A stretch of DNA of 64,000 bases. Origin: a virus. The stretch's first letter is position 1. The number at the start of each line of letters is the position of its first letter. The position numbers were made by a program, and so were the translations under genes. The notes under the pieces are model-generated. The model did not search any database. It had not been told where the DNA came from and was given only the letters and a program-made list of their open reading frames with translations. The stretch is taken from positions 1 through 64,000 of IMG/VR virus record IMGVR_UViG_3300045988_079296; one strand, written 5' to 3'. Below, one piece after another: positions 9,664 through 18,767 of the stretch.

Positions 9664-10589
9664 ACCACTACTATTTTTCTTTCAGTTTTGTAATCATATT
9701 TTGTTTTAATCTCGCAATATATATTCATAGAGCCTTCGTTGAAATCAAACTTCGTTACCTCTACATATTGGAATAAATCATTTTGCAAGAAGGTTTCTTG
9801 TAAGTTCTTAACCAACTCTGGATAGGCAAAACTTTTTGAAGTTACTCCGATAGTAAGAGAAGCATTTTGACCAAACAACATATTTTCGGGAACATCCCCC
9901 CGTTTCAAACTCAAAAGAATATCGCACTTTTGCTCGATATTATCTTGCCAAATCTTTACGTCCAAATCGTTATCAACAAACGTCACCTTTCGGTTAATAT
10001 CCTTTCCGTATATCCGCTTTCCGATAGGTTGGTCAAGTATGGTAGTAACAACAACGTCAATCGTATTATTTATAAACACATTGATAGGTTTCAACTCGTC
10101 TATTTCCCAATCAACCTCGTTCATATCGTTACTCAACATTAATTCAACCCAATTGGAGTTATCGTTATTGAGTTGCTTAATGGAGTTTGACACGTCCTCC
10201 ATAGTTCTGAATCCTCCTACCGAAGAAGCTACTTGTATAACGGGTTGATAACCTTTCGTTGTTAAAGAAGTTCTGCGGAACTTCGGAAGTTTATTGATTT
10301 TCTCAATCGTATCTTCCAAATCTCCCACATATTCCATAAGCTCCCAATAACCGCACTTGTCGAACTTATTAGCAAAGTTTTTGAACTGCGCCATACAGTT
10401 GCTACTCTCGGTTGTTAAGTTCTTCAGAGCAATCAAATGAGCGTTGTCTATGCTCGAAGTTTCCCCTGAGAAATATCGGTCAATCTCTGGGAAGGAGTTC
10501 AGCATAAAATTCCTATATTGAGTCAAAAACTCAACCAAAGGATATTTCGTCACTTGCTGAAACTCTATAACTATACTTTCCATTCCCAT
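9660..10589 (-). CDS. Hypothetical baseplate protein
   Basis: 309-aa ORF with a 4-nt overlap onto the J-like gene. Confidence 0.6.
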   Translation of the reverse strand: MGMESIVIEFQQVTKYPLVEFLTQYRNFMLNSFPEIDRYFSGETSSIDNAHLIALKNLTTESSNCMAQFKNFANKFDKCGYWELMEYVGDLEDTIEKINKLPKFRRTSLTTKGYQPVIQVASSVGGFRTMEDVSNSIKQLNNDNSNWVELMLSNDMNEVDWEIDELKPINVFINNTIDVVVTTILDQPIGKRIYGKDINRKVTFVDNDLDVKIWQDNIEQKCDILLSLKRGDVPENMLFGQNASLTIGVTSKSFAYPELVKNLQETFLQNDLFQYVEVTKFDFNEGSMNIYCEIKTKYDYKTERKIVVV

Positions 10590-10592
10590 AGC

Positions 10593-11345
10593 CTACAAAT
10601 TTATTGCTCTTGTTACTGAATTGAGAATGTTGCCTATACCCTTTGCAATAGCTCCCGTTGCTACGGTTGTAAGGAATTGAGAAGTTTTGGAGAAGTCCTC
10701 ACCCCGTTGAACAGCCGATTGAGGCGCAACAGCTTTCATTTCTAAAGAATAGAACCAAAGCATATTGTTTTCAACGCTTTGAGAATAGCTATCTTGTAAG
10801 ATTTCTACAACGTAATTAGTGTTCAACGAATAGTTACTAAACAACATAATATGAGGCATACCATTATCGTCCAGTTTATAAGTCGTATCAACCATCTTTT
10901 GTAGCATCTTAGTAAGCCCATAACCCGTCTTTATCATTACCTCCTGCCCAAGAACTTTACCGAACTGACCGTTGAAAAATGGAACGCTTTTGTCGTTCTT
11001 ATCTTCCACCTCTTGCATACCTAATAGAAAGCGGAGTTTTCGTCCAAACGTTCCTTGAATTGATATATCTCTCGGAACGAATGTGCTATTAAACAAGGTC
11101 GTTACTCCACTTTGAGTCTTGGTCACCGTAGCAATTTGAGTTCGGTTTTCAAGATAGTTATTGGGCATAACGACAAAAGACAAGAAGCCTTTTGAATTTC
11201 CCGAACTATCCAATAACTCTAAAGAACAAAGATAATATTCAAAGTTGTCTGGAGCTAAAGCATGCAATGCGGCTCTACCAACCGTTGCCAAAACTGACCT
11301 CGCTTGTTCCGATACCGCATTTACTGTATTTCCTAATATAGACAT
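10593..11345 (-). CDS. Hypothetical baseplate protein
   Basis: 250-aa ORF in the baseplate block. Confidence 0.6.
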   Translation of the reverse strand: MSILGNTVNAVSEQARSVLATVGRAALHALAPDNFEYYLCSLELLDSSGNSKGFLSFVVMPNNYLENRTQIATVTKTQSGVTTLFNSTFVPRDISIQGTFGRKLRFLLGMQEVEDKNDKSVPFFNGQFGKVLGQEVMIKTGYGLTKMLQKMVDTTYKLDDNGMPHIMLFSNYSLNTNYVVEILQDSYSQSVENNMLWFYSLEMKAVAPQSAVQRGEDFSKTSQFLTTVATGAIAKGIGNILNSVTRAINL

Positions 11346-11375
11346 ATCATTCTTTATTTTACAACTTAATAACTG

Positions 11376-11636
11376 TTATGAGATTGTACCAATGCCAGGA
11401 GCGGTTGTTGCTCCCGTTCCGCTCGTTGGTGTTACCTGAACAGCTACTCCAGCAGGAGTTGTTACTTGACCAGTCTTTATCCAAGCGTCCACCTCTTCAC
11501 CTATGGCAGTCGCTAAATTTTGGGCAAATCTTTTCTTAATATCATCTGAACTTGACTTTTCATCGAAAGGTTGGTCAAGAGCATCCTTAATCCTCGTTGT
11601 GAGGTTTTCGATTAATACTGATGTTGCTAATGGCAT
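11376..11636 (-). CDS. Hypothetical small tail protein
   Basis: 86-aa ORF with a Gly/Thr/Pro-rich C-terminus. Confidence 0.55.
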   Translation of the reverse strand: MPLATSVLIENLTTRIKDALDQPFDEKSSSDDIKKRFAQNLATAIGEEVDAWIKTGQVTTPAGVAVQVTPTSGTGATTAPGIGTIS

Positions 11637-11638
11637 AA

Positions 11639-12523
11639 TTATTCCAAATTAGAAATTTTACTTTTTATTTCGTCAATTCTCGCTTTTATTGCAGAGAAGT
11701 CCGCTATATTAACGGGAACAGAAGTCACGCCAACTGGAGACATAACGGTCAATTTCATTATTGCGTCAATGAGGTCTGAAAGTAACTTCGCAAGCGTATC
11801 TCCTAACACCATCGGCTCTTTGCCCTCGTTGTGGTTTATTTGCTTGCTAAGCAATTCAATTAATCCGTCCGAAGTCTTTATCACGTTCCCGAACTCGTCT
11901 TGAATTACAATGCCCTTTCCAAGTACATATTGAATTAATCCTTTAGTCTCACCCTTCTCTGTAACGGTCAAGTCAAACTCGTTTTCACTCAACAAAGTAA
12001 GTTTCTTTGCGGCATGAAGATTTACCGTATTATCGGAAGACAAATTGAACTCTGAATCTCCGTTCTCGCTTGATAATTTTATATCAATATTTGCAGGCTC
12101 TTCTTTATCTCCCAACACGTTGACTTGTATCTCGGCTATACTGCCGTCAACAAATATCTCCACGTTTCTCTTATCCGTTCCACGACTCAAACGCCATTGA
12201 GCTTCTCCCAAAGCGTAATAATCACCCTCCTGACGCAACCATCCTACTATGACGGGCAAATGAGTCATACCGTCCTTAACCCAAACAATCGGAGTTCCAC
12301 GGCTCGTTTCAGTCGGGAAAACAAGATTTTCAAGAATGTTTTGCGGGCATCTTACAGAAGAAAAGAAGCCATATCCCTCACCTCCGTTTATCGTAACAGT
12401 TTGAGTTCGGTAGCAATCTTCTATATATTGAATACGGTCAATTTCCGAAGGAACTACCAAGAAGCCTACGCCACCCGTTCCTACTCCCGTATTAACTTTT
12501 ATCAATCCAATATCTCCGTCCAT
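11639..12523 (-). CDS. Baseplate hub/spike-like protein (tentative)
   Basis: 294-aa ORF directly after the M23 peptidase gene. It has a beta-rich N-terminal half and a helical C-terminus. The call rests on position only. Confidence 0.4.
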   Translation of the reverse strand: MDGDIGLIKVNTGVGTGGVGFLVVPSEIDRIQYIEDCYRTQTVTINGGEGYGFFSSVRCPQNILENLVFPTETSRGTPIVWVKDGMTHLPVIVGWLRQEGDYYALGEAQWRLSRGTDKRNVEIFVDGSIAEIQVNVLGDKEEPANIDIKLSSENGDSEFNLSSDNTVNLHAAKKLTLLSENEFDLTVTEKGETKGLIQYVLGKGIVIQDEFGNVIKTSDGLIELLSKQINHNEGKEPMVLGDTLAKLLSDLIDAIMKLTVMSPVGVTSVPVNIADFSAIKARIDEIKSKISNLE

Positions 12524-12525
12524 AC

Positions 12526-14121
12526 TTATTGATTTTTAGCACGATTAATATATACATTCTCCCAAAAGACTTGTTGTCTGGTCATGAAGAAGCCAAACGA
12601 TTCAAGATTAACTTTCCATTTGGATATGTATTCCTTCCAATTGGCAGCGGTTATTTTCTCAATATCGAAGTCCTCTCCAAAATCAATGATGTTGAAATAG
12701 CTATGCAAATGACCGTCCAATTCAACTCCCTCTATATATGCAGGATAAATGCCCTTGGAGACTTGTAATGTAGTTGTTCTTTGTACTGCGTTGCCTAAGA
12801 CTTGATAACTATTCTGAACGGAGTCAACGTGAAATACTTCTCCCGAAGTATGACGAACCATAGTACCTCGCTTGATGCGTCTATCTCCTTGTATAGTTAT
12901 TGTTCCTTGTCTTGTGAAAGGATTGTAAGCATTACTTTCGATAAGGTATTTGAAATCACGAACAGCGTTGCGAATAATTCTGTCTCCATTATTCTTTTGT
13001 TCCGTCTTATCATCATTCCAACGCCCAGACTCAGCCCAATTGTAATAGTTCGATTCAAGCGCAAGTGGTCGGCTTCCCCATACTGCTGCATATTCAGGAA
13101 AGAACACCGCTGGCATGAACAATTGAGCTTCGGGTATTCCTAATAAATCTCCATATGGAACGTACCGATACCATGAATATATTCCTTGATTTGACCAAGT
13201 GAGGTTTGCGCTCAATACGTCATCGGTGTTCAAGACGGTATAAGCCGATTCAATCAACCTCGTCATATTCTCCTTATCGAAAGGTGGTCTGCGAACTATC
13301 CAGTAATATTGGTTTCCAAACGTATCTCCCATCATTTCAACCAACGGCTCTTGACAAACCTTTCGGAAGAAATTTAAAAGACTTCCCATTTGAGTTGATA
13401 TTCCTGAATCGAATACTTGTTTATCTACAACGGAACTATCAATCAAGAGCTTCGTTATTTGCCAAACACCTGGTGCAAGTCGCTCTTTAGCTTCCATAGG
13501 CACTGGCGGTTTCTTCTCTTTATGATACTCCGTAGCATCTGCAACCGTTATATCCTCTTGCGCTGAATACTTGTAAGAAGTCTGAGTTTTCAAAACTGAA
13601 TCGGGGAAAGATAACCAAGTATCATCGCCAAAATTCAATATCTTTCCGCTATCCGCAGCCGTCAAACGTTCTCTTGCTAAAAACCAATATCTTGGGTCAA
13701 CAGGAACAGTTCCCATTCTTCGGATTTCAAGATGTAGGTGTGGGCCAGTGGACGTTCCTGCATTTGGGTCGCCTTTTGCACCTCCCGTTGTTCCGATAGT
13801 CTGACCCTCCGATACTTGAACGCCTACGGAGATTGCAGTATCAACGGTATGAAGGTGCATGAAGTATATATCAAAATACATACCCATATCGGCTATATAT
13901 CGGATAGCAACGTACAATCCAGCTCCGTTCTTTTGAGTGGTTTTTCTTATGACTTGACCCGCCAAAGGAGCTTTTAAGATTGTACCTTGCGGAACTCCAA
14001 TGTCAATCCCGTTATGGTCTTTTATCTTTCCGTTCCAATGTCTCTTACCAAACAAGCTGGTTACTTGCAAATTTGTTACCCCTTGCAAGAACCCTTTCAT
14101 GAATGTTTTTATCGTTGCCAT
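12526..14121 (-). CDS. Tail-associated peptidoglycan hydrolase with an N-terminal M23 (LytM) peptidase domain
   Basis: Contains KDHNGIDIGVP (HxxxD) and GPHLHLEIR (HxH), the M23 zinc motifs. 531 aa, located between the tape measure and the baseplate genes. Confidence 0.85.
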   Translation of the reverse strand: MATIKTFMKGFLQGVTNLQVTSLFGKRHWNGKIKDHNGIDIGVPQGTILKAPLAGQVIRKTTQKNGAGLYVAIRYIADMGMYFDIYFMHLHTVDTAISVGVQVSEGQTIGTTGGAKGDPNAGTSTGPHLHLEIRRMGTVPVDPRYWFLARERLTAADSGKILNFGDDTWLSFPDSVLKTQTSYKYSAQEDITVADATEYHKEKKPPVPMEAKERLAPGVWQITKLLIDSSVVDKQVFDSGISTQMGSLLNFFRKVCQEPLVEMMGDTFGNQYYWIVRRPPFDKENMTRLIESAYTVLNTDDVLSANLTWSNQGIYSWYRYVPYGDLLGIPEAQLFMPAVFFPEYAAVWGSRPLALESNYYNWAESGRWNDDKTEQKNNGDRIIRNAVRDFKYLIESNAYNPFTRQGTITIQGDRRIKRGTMVRHTSGEVFHVDSVQNSYQVLGNAVQRTTTLQVSKGIYPAYIEGVELDGHLHSYFNIIDFGEDFDIEKITAANWKEYISKWKVNLESFGFFMTRQQVFWENVYINRAKNQ

Positions 14122-14122
14122 A

Positions 14123-15466
14123 TTACTTCTCTTTCTTTACTGGTTGTAACTCGTTGAAGGTAGTCCGTAAATCTCCCCAAGAGTCAAATACATATCCTGG
14201 CACTACTTCTACGTTGGCCAATTGAGATATAACACCTTTCAAGATATATCCCAAATCCATATTTATTCGGTTACTGAATATATCAATCTCTCCAGTTACC
14301 CTCCGAAGTCTGCCGATTGGATTATTGTAAGTATTGTTTATTTGGTCAGCTTCCTTAATATCTCCTTGTTTGCCGTAGCTTTGCTCATTCGCAAATACTT
14401 CGCTCGGATTGGATGTAGTAGAAGGATTGAAGAAAAAAGAACCATCCTCAATTAAGAGCTTCATGAAGTCTCTTCCCGTTACTTCGACATAAGCCGTTGC
14501 TGACTGAGCGTCATGTACCACCTTTACATCGTCCACAAGAGCTATCATATCATAGACTTGTGCAGCTATATTGGTTTGTATATCGAAGTTATCTTCATCC
14601 CCCGTCAACATATGGTCAATGCTTCTCTTTGTCTCCATATCTAACTTTTCAAAGGATATGAAAAGAAGGTCGTTAGAGCTTATGAGCCAATTGTAATAAT
14701 TAGCTTCCAATATATTGTATTCGTCTTTGGAATAATACTGGTCATCGTAACGATAAAAGGAACTATTTGAATATCGGTCTTTTGATGCTCTTCCTCTTTG
14801 CCCAACATAATCTCGGTCTTTGTTATTCTTAGATATTACCGCCACCAATCCCGAAGCATTAATGATAGGTAAACGCATTGTAAAACTGCCCCCGTCTTTG
14901 CCTACCATAGTTGAAAGAGATATGATATGCTTCGATAGGTCTGCGAACTCGGTGAACTCTTTACTCCCCGTAATTTTTGAATTATCCAAAGCTGATAAGC
15001 CTACATAATACAAAGACTTAAACCAACCGAATACTTGAACTGTTGGAGCTTTCTTTTCAGCCGAACTTATTTGATAACCTTCATTCTGCAATATGTTCGC
15101 AATCTCTTCGGCTGCAAACGCATAGAAGTCTCCAGACTGGGTTTGGAAGTTGGTTTGACTTATCGCCAAACGTTCTTCCACCTTAGTAGCTTGAATGCGT
15201 AGATTACAAGGACAAGGTAACCAAGCGTCAATATCCAAATCAGCGGCACTCTCTGGCCATTTATCGTTTCCGATTGCTTTTTGTCCAGCGTGGAATATAT
15301 ATTTATCCCAATAACCATATTGTGACCAAATAAGCTCTCTGTTTAATTCAAAGAACTCTTCAGGGGTTATGGAATATATATGCTCTCTGTCCATAAAGTC
15401 TTTTATAGTCTTTATGTTCCGATAGCGGTGATAGAGCCAAATGTAATTGTTGTTATCTTTTTCCAT
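14123..15466 (-). CDS. Hypothetical tail protein (downstream of the tape measure)
   Basis: The track ORF 14123-15514 begins at a TTG inside the tape-measure gene. The ATG at 15464-15466 (MEKDNNNYIW) sits 1 nt after the tape-measure stop, so I use that start. Confidence 0.65.
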   Translation of the reverse strand: MEKDNNNYIWLYHRYRNIKTIKDFMDREHIYSITPEEFFELNRELIWSQYGYWDKYIFHAGQKAIGNDKWPESAADLDIDAWLPCPCNLRIQATKVEERLAISQTNFQTQSGDFYAFAAEEIANILQNEGYQISSAEKKAPTVQVFGWFKSLYYVGLSALDNSKITGSKEFTEFADLSKHIISLSTMVGKDGGSFTMRLPIINASGLVAVISKNNKDRDYVGQRGRASKDRYSNSSFYRYDDQYYSKDEYNILEANYYNWLISSNDLLFISFEKLDMETKRSIDHMLTGDEDNFDIQTNIAAQVYDMIALVDDVKVVHDAQSATAYVEVTGRDFMKLLIEDGSFFFNPSTTSNPSEVFANEQSYGKQGDIKEADQINNTYNNPIGRLRRVTGEIDIFSNRINMDLGYILKGVISQLANVEVVPGYVFDSWGDLRTTFNELQPVKKEK

Positions 15467-15467
15467 A

Positions 15468-17462
15468 TCAATTTCCTTGTCTTGTACTATTTGGAGTTGC
15501 ACCTGGGTCGCCAAAGAATACCTTAACGCCCTTAGTAGTAAAGAAGTTCTTCAACCCTTCTATGCCTTGGGTCATACCGCTTACCAACTCTTGAGCTTGT
15601 TGAGTCCACGCTACTCTATTAGCATCACCAGCTGCATCTAATTGGTTTTGATTTTTCGCTCCACCTCTCGCTAATAAACTTCCAGCATCACCCGAAGTAA
15701 TTTGAGAAATATATTCATCAAGACGGTCAGGTGCTATATCGGGCAATAGAGCTTTGAAAGCAAAATATCCCATAGTTGTATCCGTACCTCCGAACTGTTG
15801 TTGTATTCTTTGTACTACGGCTTGCATGATACGTCCTTCGTTCTCTGGGTCTCGGATAGCTCGGTCAATCAAGTCCATGCGTCCTCCCGTCTCTGGCATG
15901 ATATCAGCTACCGTTCCATAAATCAAAGCCTTCATCCTTTCGTTCATCGGGTTTTGAATCATATTTTGGAAAGAAGCAATATCACCGCCCATTCTCGCAT
16001 CTTGCGTTACTCCCGTAGCAGAGAAAGCTGCCAAGGTATTATTAGCAACGTCATAATTTGGGCGGTCAGTTCGGCTCATATAAGAACCCATGAGTTGTTG
16101 TTGAATATCGAACTTTTCTTGAACCCTTGTAAAATCTCCCGAAGATACGCCAGAGCCTTCTATGCCCATCAAAACAGTCGTCAATCTGCTTATCGCATCC
16201 GTAACGTTTTGTCCATAACGGTCATATTGTCCTGCTTTAGTCAAAGAGTTTCCTTCCAAGCCTAAATTTCTTTCAAGAGCTATTTGAGACATTGTTTCTC
16301 TGTACCAATCGTCTCCACTTCCTCTTGCTCTCGTTCTTTGTACAGCTTGTTTGTAAAACTCGTCTTGGTCAAGTCCAAGGGATGCGGGGTCAAGTCCGTA
16401 TGCTGTAGCTCCGTCAAGATTATGAGCTAAAAATCCCATGCCTTGTTTTCCTCCCTGACCTCCTGCGGTAGAACGGAAAGCGGCAAGCCCAGCAAGGTCA
16501 TCATATCCGCTGGAAACGAATGTACTTGCCTTTCCAATAGCTCCCGAAGCTATTAATGCAGCCGCCACATATGGATTTGCCCCCATTACAGCCGCCAAAC
16601 TACCTCCGCTGATTAACGCTCCACTAACATCGCCCGAACTTATTGAAGAACCGATACCCATGGCAGAAGTTAATCCCAAAGCCATCCTTGAACCTTGTTG
16701 TTGACGTCCTCCCTCCATTACTCTTCGGAGTTGTTCGTCAACTGCATTAATCCTTCCTTGAGCTGCCAAAGCTCCTTCCTCATCGGCTGCGTTATCTCGG
16801 TCTAACAACAATTGACGTCTTTGCTCTCGGAGTTGATTGATATAAGAATTTGGGTCACTACCTTTCCCCGCATCACCCTCTTCCTTGTCTCTTTTCTCCA
16901 TTTCTCCCGTAAGCCTTTTGATGGCATCAGTAAGAGCTTTCTCAACATCGGTACGTTCTTGAGCTTCCTGCTTATCAATCTCGTCAAACTCCGCATCGAA
17001 CATTGAACCTACCTTCTTATATTGACGTTCACGCTCGGATTCAATTTGACTATCCAGTATGGATTGATAGAAAGGGTCATTAGCACGATTTCCAAGGTTG
17101 TTTAAGCCTTCTTTTCTTCGTTCCTCCAGCTCTCTATCTATGCGCTCATATTCGGCTTGCATTCGTGCTCCCGTTTCGTCACGCCTTTGACCGTACCTTT
17201 GAGAAATTTCATCCTCAAGTGCAGTTCTTTGTTGAGCACCTACTTGATTAAGTCGTTCCCGATAGTTATTGTTGCCCTGCTCAATGATTATCCTCCGAAG
17301 GTCTTCAACCAAACGGTCACTGGGTGGTAAGTTAGGCTGACGTGAATCATCGGGTTGTCTGCCAGGAGTGGGAGAAGGTTGATTTTGAGTTTCGTCTGCT
17401 ACGTTATCAAGCTCATCCCGTAGTGGCTGGGCATTACCGTGTATGTTTACCGTTACATCCAT
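15468..17462 (-). CDS. Tail tape measure protein
   Basis: 664 aa. Charged coiled-coil N-terminal third, then a Gly/Ala/Ser-rich hydrophobic core (GLTSAMGIGSSISSGDVSGALISGG). It lies immediately downstream of the two chaperone ORFs. Confidence 0.8.
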   Translation of the reverse strand: MDVTVNIHGNAQPLRDELDNVADETQNQPSPTPGRQPDDSRQPNLPPSDRLVEDLRRIIIEQGNNNYRERLNQVGAQQRTALEDEISQRYGQRRDETGARMQAEYERIDRELEERRKEGLNNLGNRANDPFYQSILDSQIESERERQYKKVGSMFDAEFDEIDKQEAQERTDVEKALTDAIKRLTGEMEKRDKEEGDAGKGSDPNSYINQLREQRRQLLLDRDNAADEEGALAAQGRINAVDEQLRRVMEGGRQQQGSRMALGLTSAMGIGSSISSGDVSGALISGGSLAAVMGANPYVAAALIASGAIGKASTFVSSGYDDLAGLAAFRSTAGGQGGKQGMGFLAHNLDGATAYGLDPASLGLDQDEFYKQAVQRTRARGSGDDWYRETMSQIALERNLGLEGNSLTKAGQYDRYGQNVTDAISRLTTVLMGIEGSGVSSGDFTRVQEKFDIQQQLMGSYMSRTDRPNYDVANNTLAAFSATGVTQDARMGGDIASFQNMIQNPMNERMKALIYGTVADIMPETGGRMDLIDRAIRDPENEGRIMQAVVQRIQQQFGGTDTTMGYFAFKALLPDIAPDRLDEYISQITSGDAGSLLARGGAKNQNQLDAAGDANRVAWTQQAQELVSGMTQGIEGLKNFFTTKGVKVFFGDPGATPNSTRQGN

Positions 17463-17467
17463 ATTGT

Positions 17468-17812
17468 TTATTTCTCGTCAAATTCCTCCAAGTTGAGATT
17501 TTCAAAATCTTCGTCAATCTCTTCTTGAGTCATTTCGACAGTTTTCTTTTCTTGTTCTTGTAATTGCTCGTCAACGTACTGCTCCATGAACTCGTCCTCC
17601 GTTATCTCTTGAGGACTATTCCTTGCTTTGTTCCACAATAATTCCTCTTGGTACTCTATCGCCATATCTATGAAGTTCATAGCACGGTGTTGTGGAGAAC
17701 CAAAAGGAATGTTGTAACGCTTCCTCCACCATAGGTCAATCGGATAGCGTGACCACTCGGCAATGAAGTTATTCAGCTTCCTCGTCAGAGTTGGTTTCTT
17801 TTGCCTTTCCAT
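17468..17812 (-). CDS. Tail assembly chaperone, downstream (T-like) ORF
   Basis: 114-aa ORF overlapping the upstream ORF by 44 nt in the +1 frame, between the tube and tape-measure genes. Confidence 0.55.
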   Translation of the reverse strand: MERQKKPTLTRKLNNFIAEWSRYPIDLWWRKRYNIPFGSPQHRAMNFIDMAIEYQEELLWNKARNSPQEITEDEFMEQYVDEQLQEQEKKTVEMTQEEIDEDFENLNLEEFDEK

Positions 17813-18167
17813 CGTCGTTTCCTACTTCATAAAGGTCGGCTAACATTTTATTATACCAAGGTGCTACATGCTCCTTATAAACTGCTACGACATCTTTCAT
17901 ATCCTCTGGGTTGAGCGTGGTAAAGTTTTTTATTTCCATTATCCGCTTAATCTTTGGACACATGATTTCAAAGAAGCAAAGAGCGTCAACCATATCAAGA
18001 GCAAAGAACATACTTTTTACTCCCGAAGCCGACATTGAACCGTATTTATTTCCAGTAAGAGATTGCTTCAATGATTCCATGTCAATCATTTGACCTACGT
18101 TCGGAAACTGAACTGTTACCTTCTCTCCCTTGAAAGTAAACGTTTTTTGTCTTTCTAATTTTTCCAT
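17769..18167 (-). CDS. Tail assembly chaperone, upstream (G-like) ORF
   Basis: 132-aa ORF in the canonical position between the tube and tape-measure genes, with an acidic C-terminus. Confidence 0.6.
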   Translation of the reverse strand: MEKLERQKTFTFKGEKVTVQFPNVGQMIDMESLKQSLTGNKYGSMSASGVKSMFFALDMVDALCFFEIMCPKIKRIMEIKNFTTLNPEDMKDVVAVYKEHVAPWYNKMLADLYEVGNDDGKAKETNSDEEAE

Positions 18168-18171
18168 TTTA

Positions 18172-18181
18172 TTTACAATTT
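18172..18181 (-). promoter_or_regulatory. Copy of the start-proximal motif AAATTGTAAA
   Basis: Exact 10-mer on the minus strand, 4 nt upstream of the ATG at 18167. Confidence 0.5.
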
Positions 18182-18185
18182 GTTT

Positions 18186-18224
18186 AAAATAAAAGAGGTG
18201 TACCGTGATATGCAGTACACCTCT
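18186..18224 (-). terminator. Rho-independent terminator after the tube gene
   Basis: 10-bp stem (agaggtgtac at 18194-18203 pairs with gtacacctct at 18215-18224) and an 11-nt loop, followed on the minus strand by TTTTATTTT. Confidence 0.8.
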
Positions 18225-18245
18225 CTATAATTGCGAAACAATGTA

Positions 18246-18746
18246 TTAAACAATGTCGTTGTAAAGAATTGGGTCGGTATATTCAAACTCGGTATCTCTG
18301 CCTGAAATTTGACCCTCCTGAACATCGAAGCCTTCACGGGTTGCGAACGCTCCTGCTATCTTTGCAAATGTTTCGTACTTGGTTTTTACCAAACCGCTTT
18401 CCAAATCAATTTCTCCGTCTTTCACTTTCCGAAGAATGGCAATTTCCAAACCGTCCTCTTGCATAAGAATGGCGTTTGCCCATTCCTCGATAGTGCCGGC
18501 ATTTCTGAATGTGCCTTTCTTCATCTTGTTAGCCAAGAGATTGAAATTGATAGTGTAGGAAGAACATGTCAAGCTACCAGTCCACTCCAACGCAGGTAGT
18601 TCTTCGGGATTGAGTCGCCCCATGCCCGTTACCCGTCCACGTCTGATGTTCTCGGTAATGCGGACATTCTTCATCTTCCCAACTGTAACGCTATTTATTT
18701 GTATCACCGCAAGTGGCGCAGTAAATACTCTTTGATTTTTAGCCAT
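18246..18746 (-). CDS. Tail tube protein (contractile tail), tentative
   Basis: 166-aa ORF directly after the sheath gene and followed by a strong terminator. The call rests on position and size. Confidence 0.65.
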   Translation of the reverse strand: MAKNQRVFTAPLAVIQINSVTVGKMKNVRITENIRRGRVTGMGRLNPEELPALEWTGSLTCSSYTINFNLLANKMKKGTFRNAGTIEEWANAILMQEDGLEIAILRKVKDGEIDLESGLVKTKYETFAKIAGAFATREGFDVQEGQISGRDTEFEYTDPILYNDIV

Positions 18747-18767
18747 ATTACAAATGTTTTAGAATTG

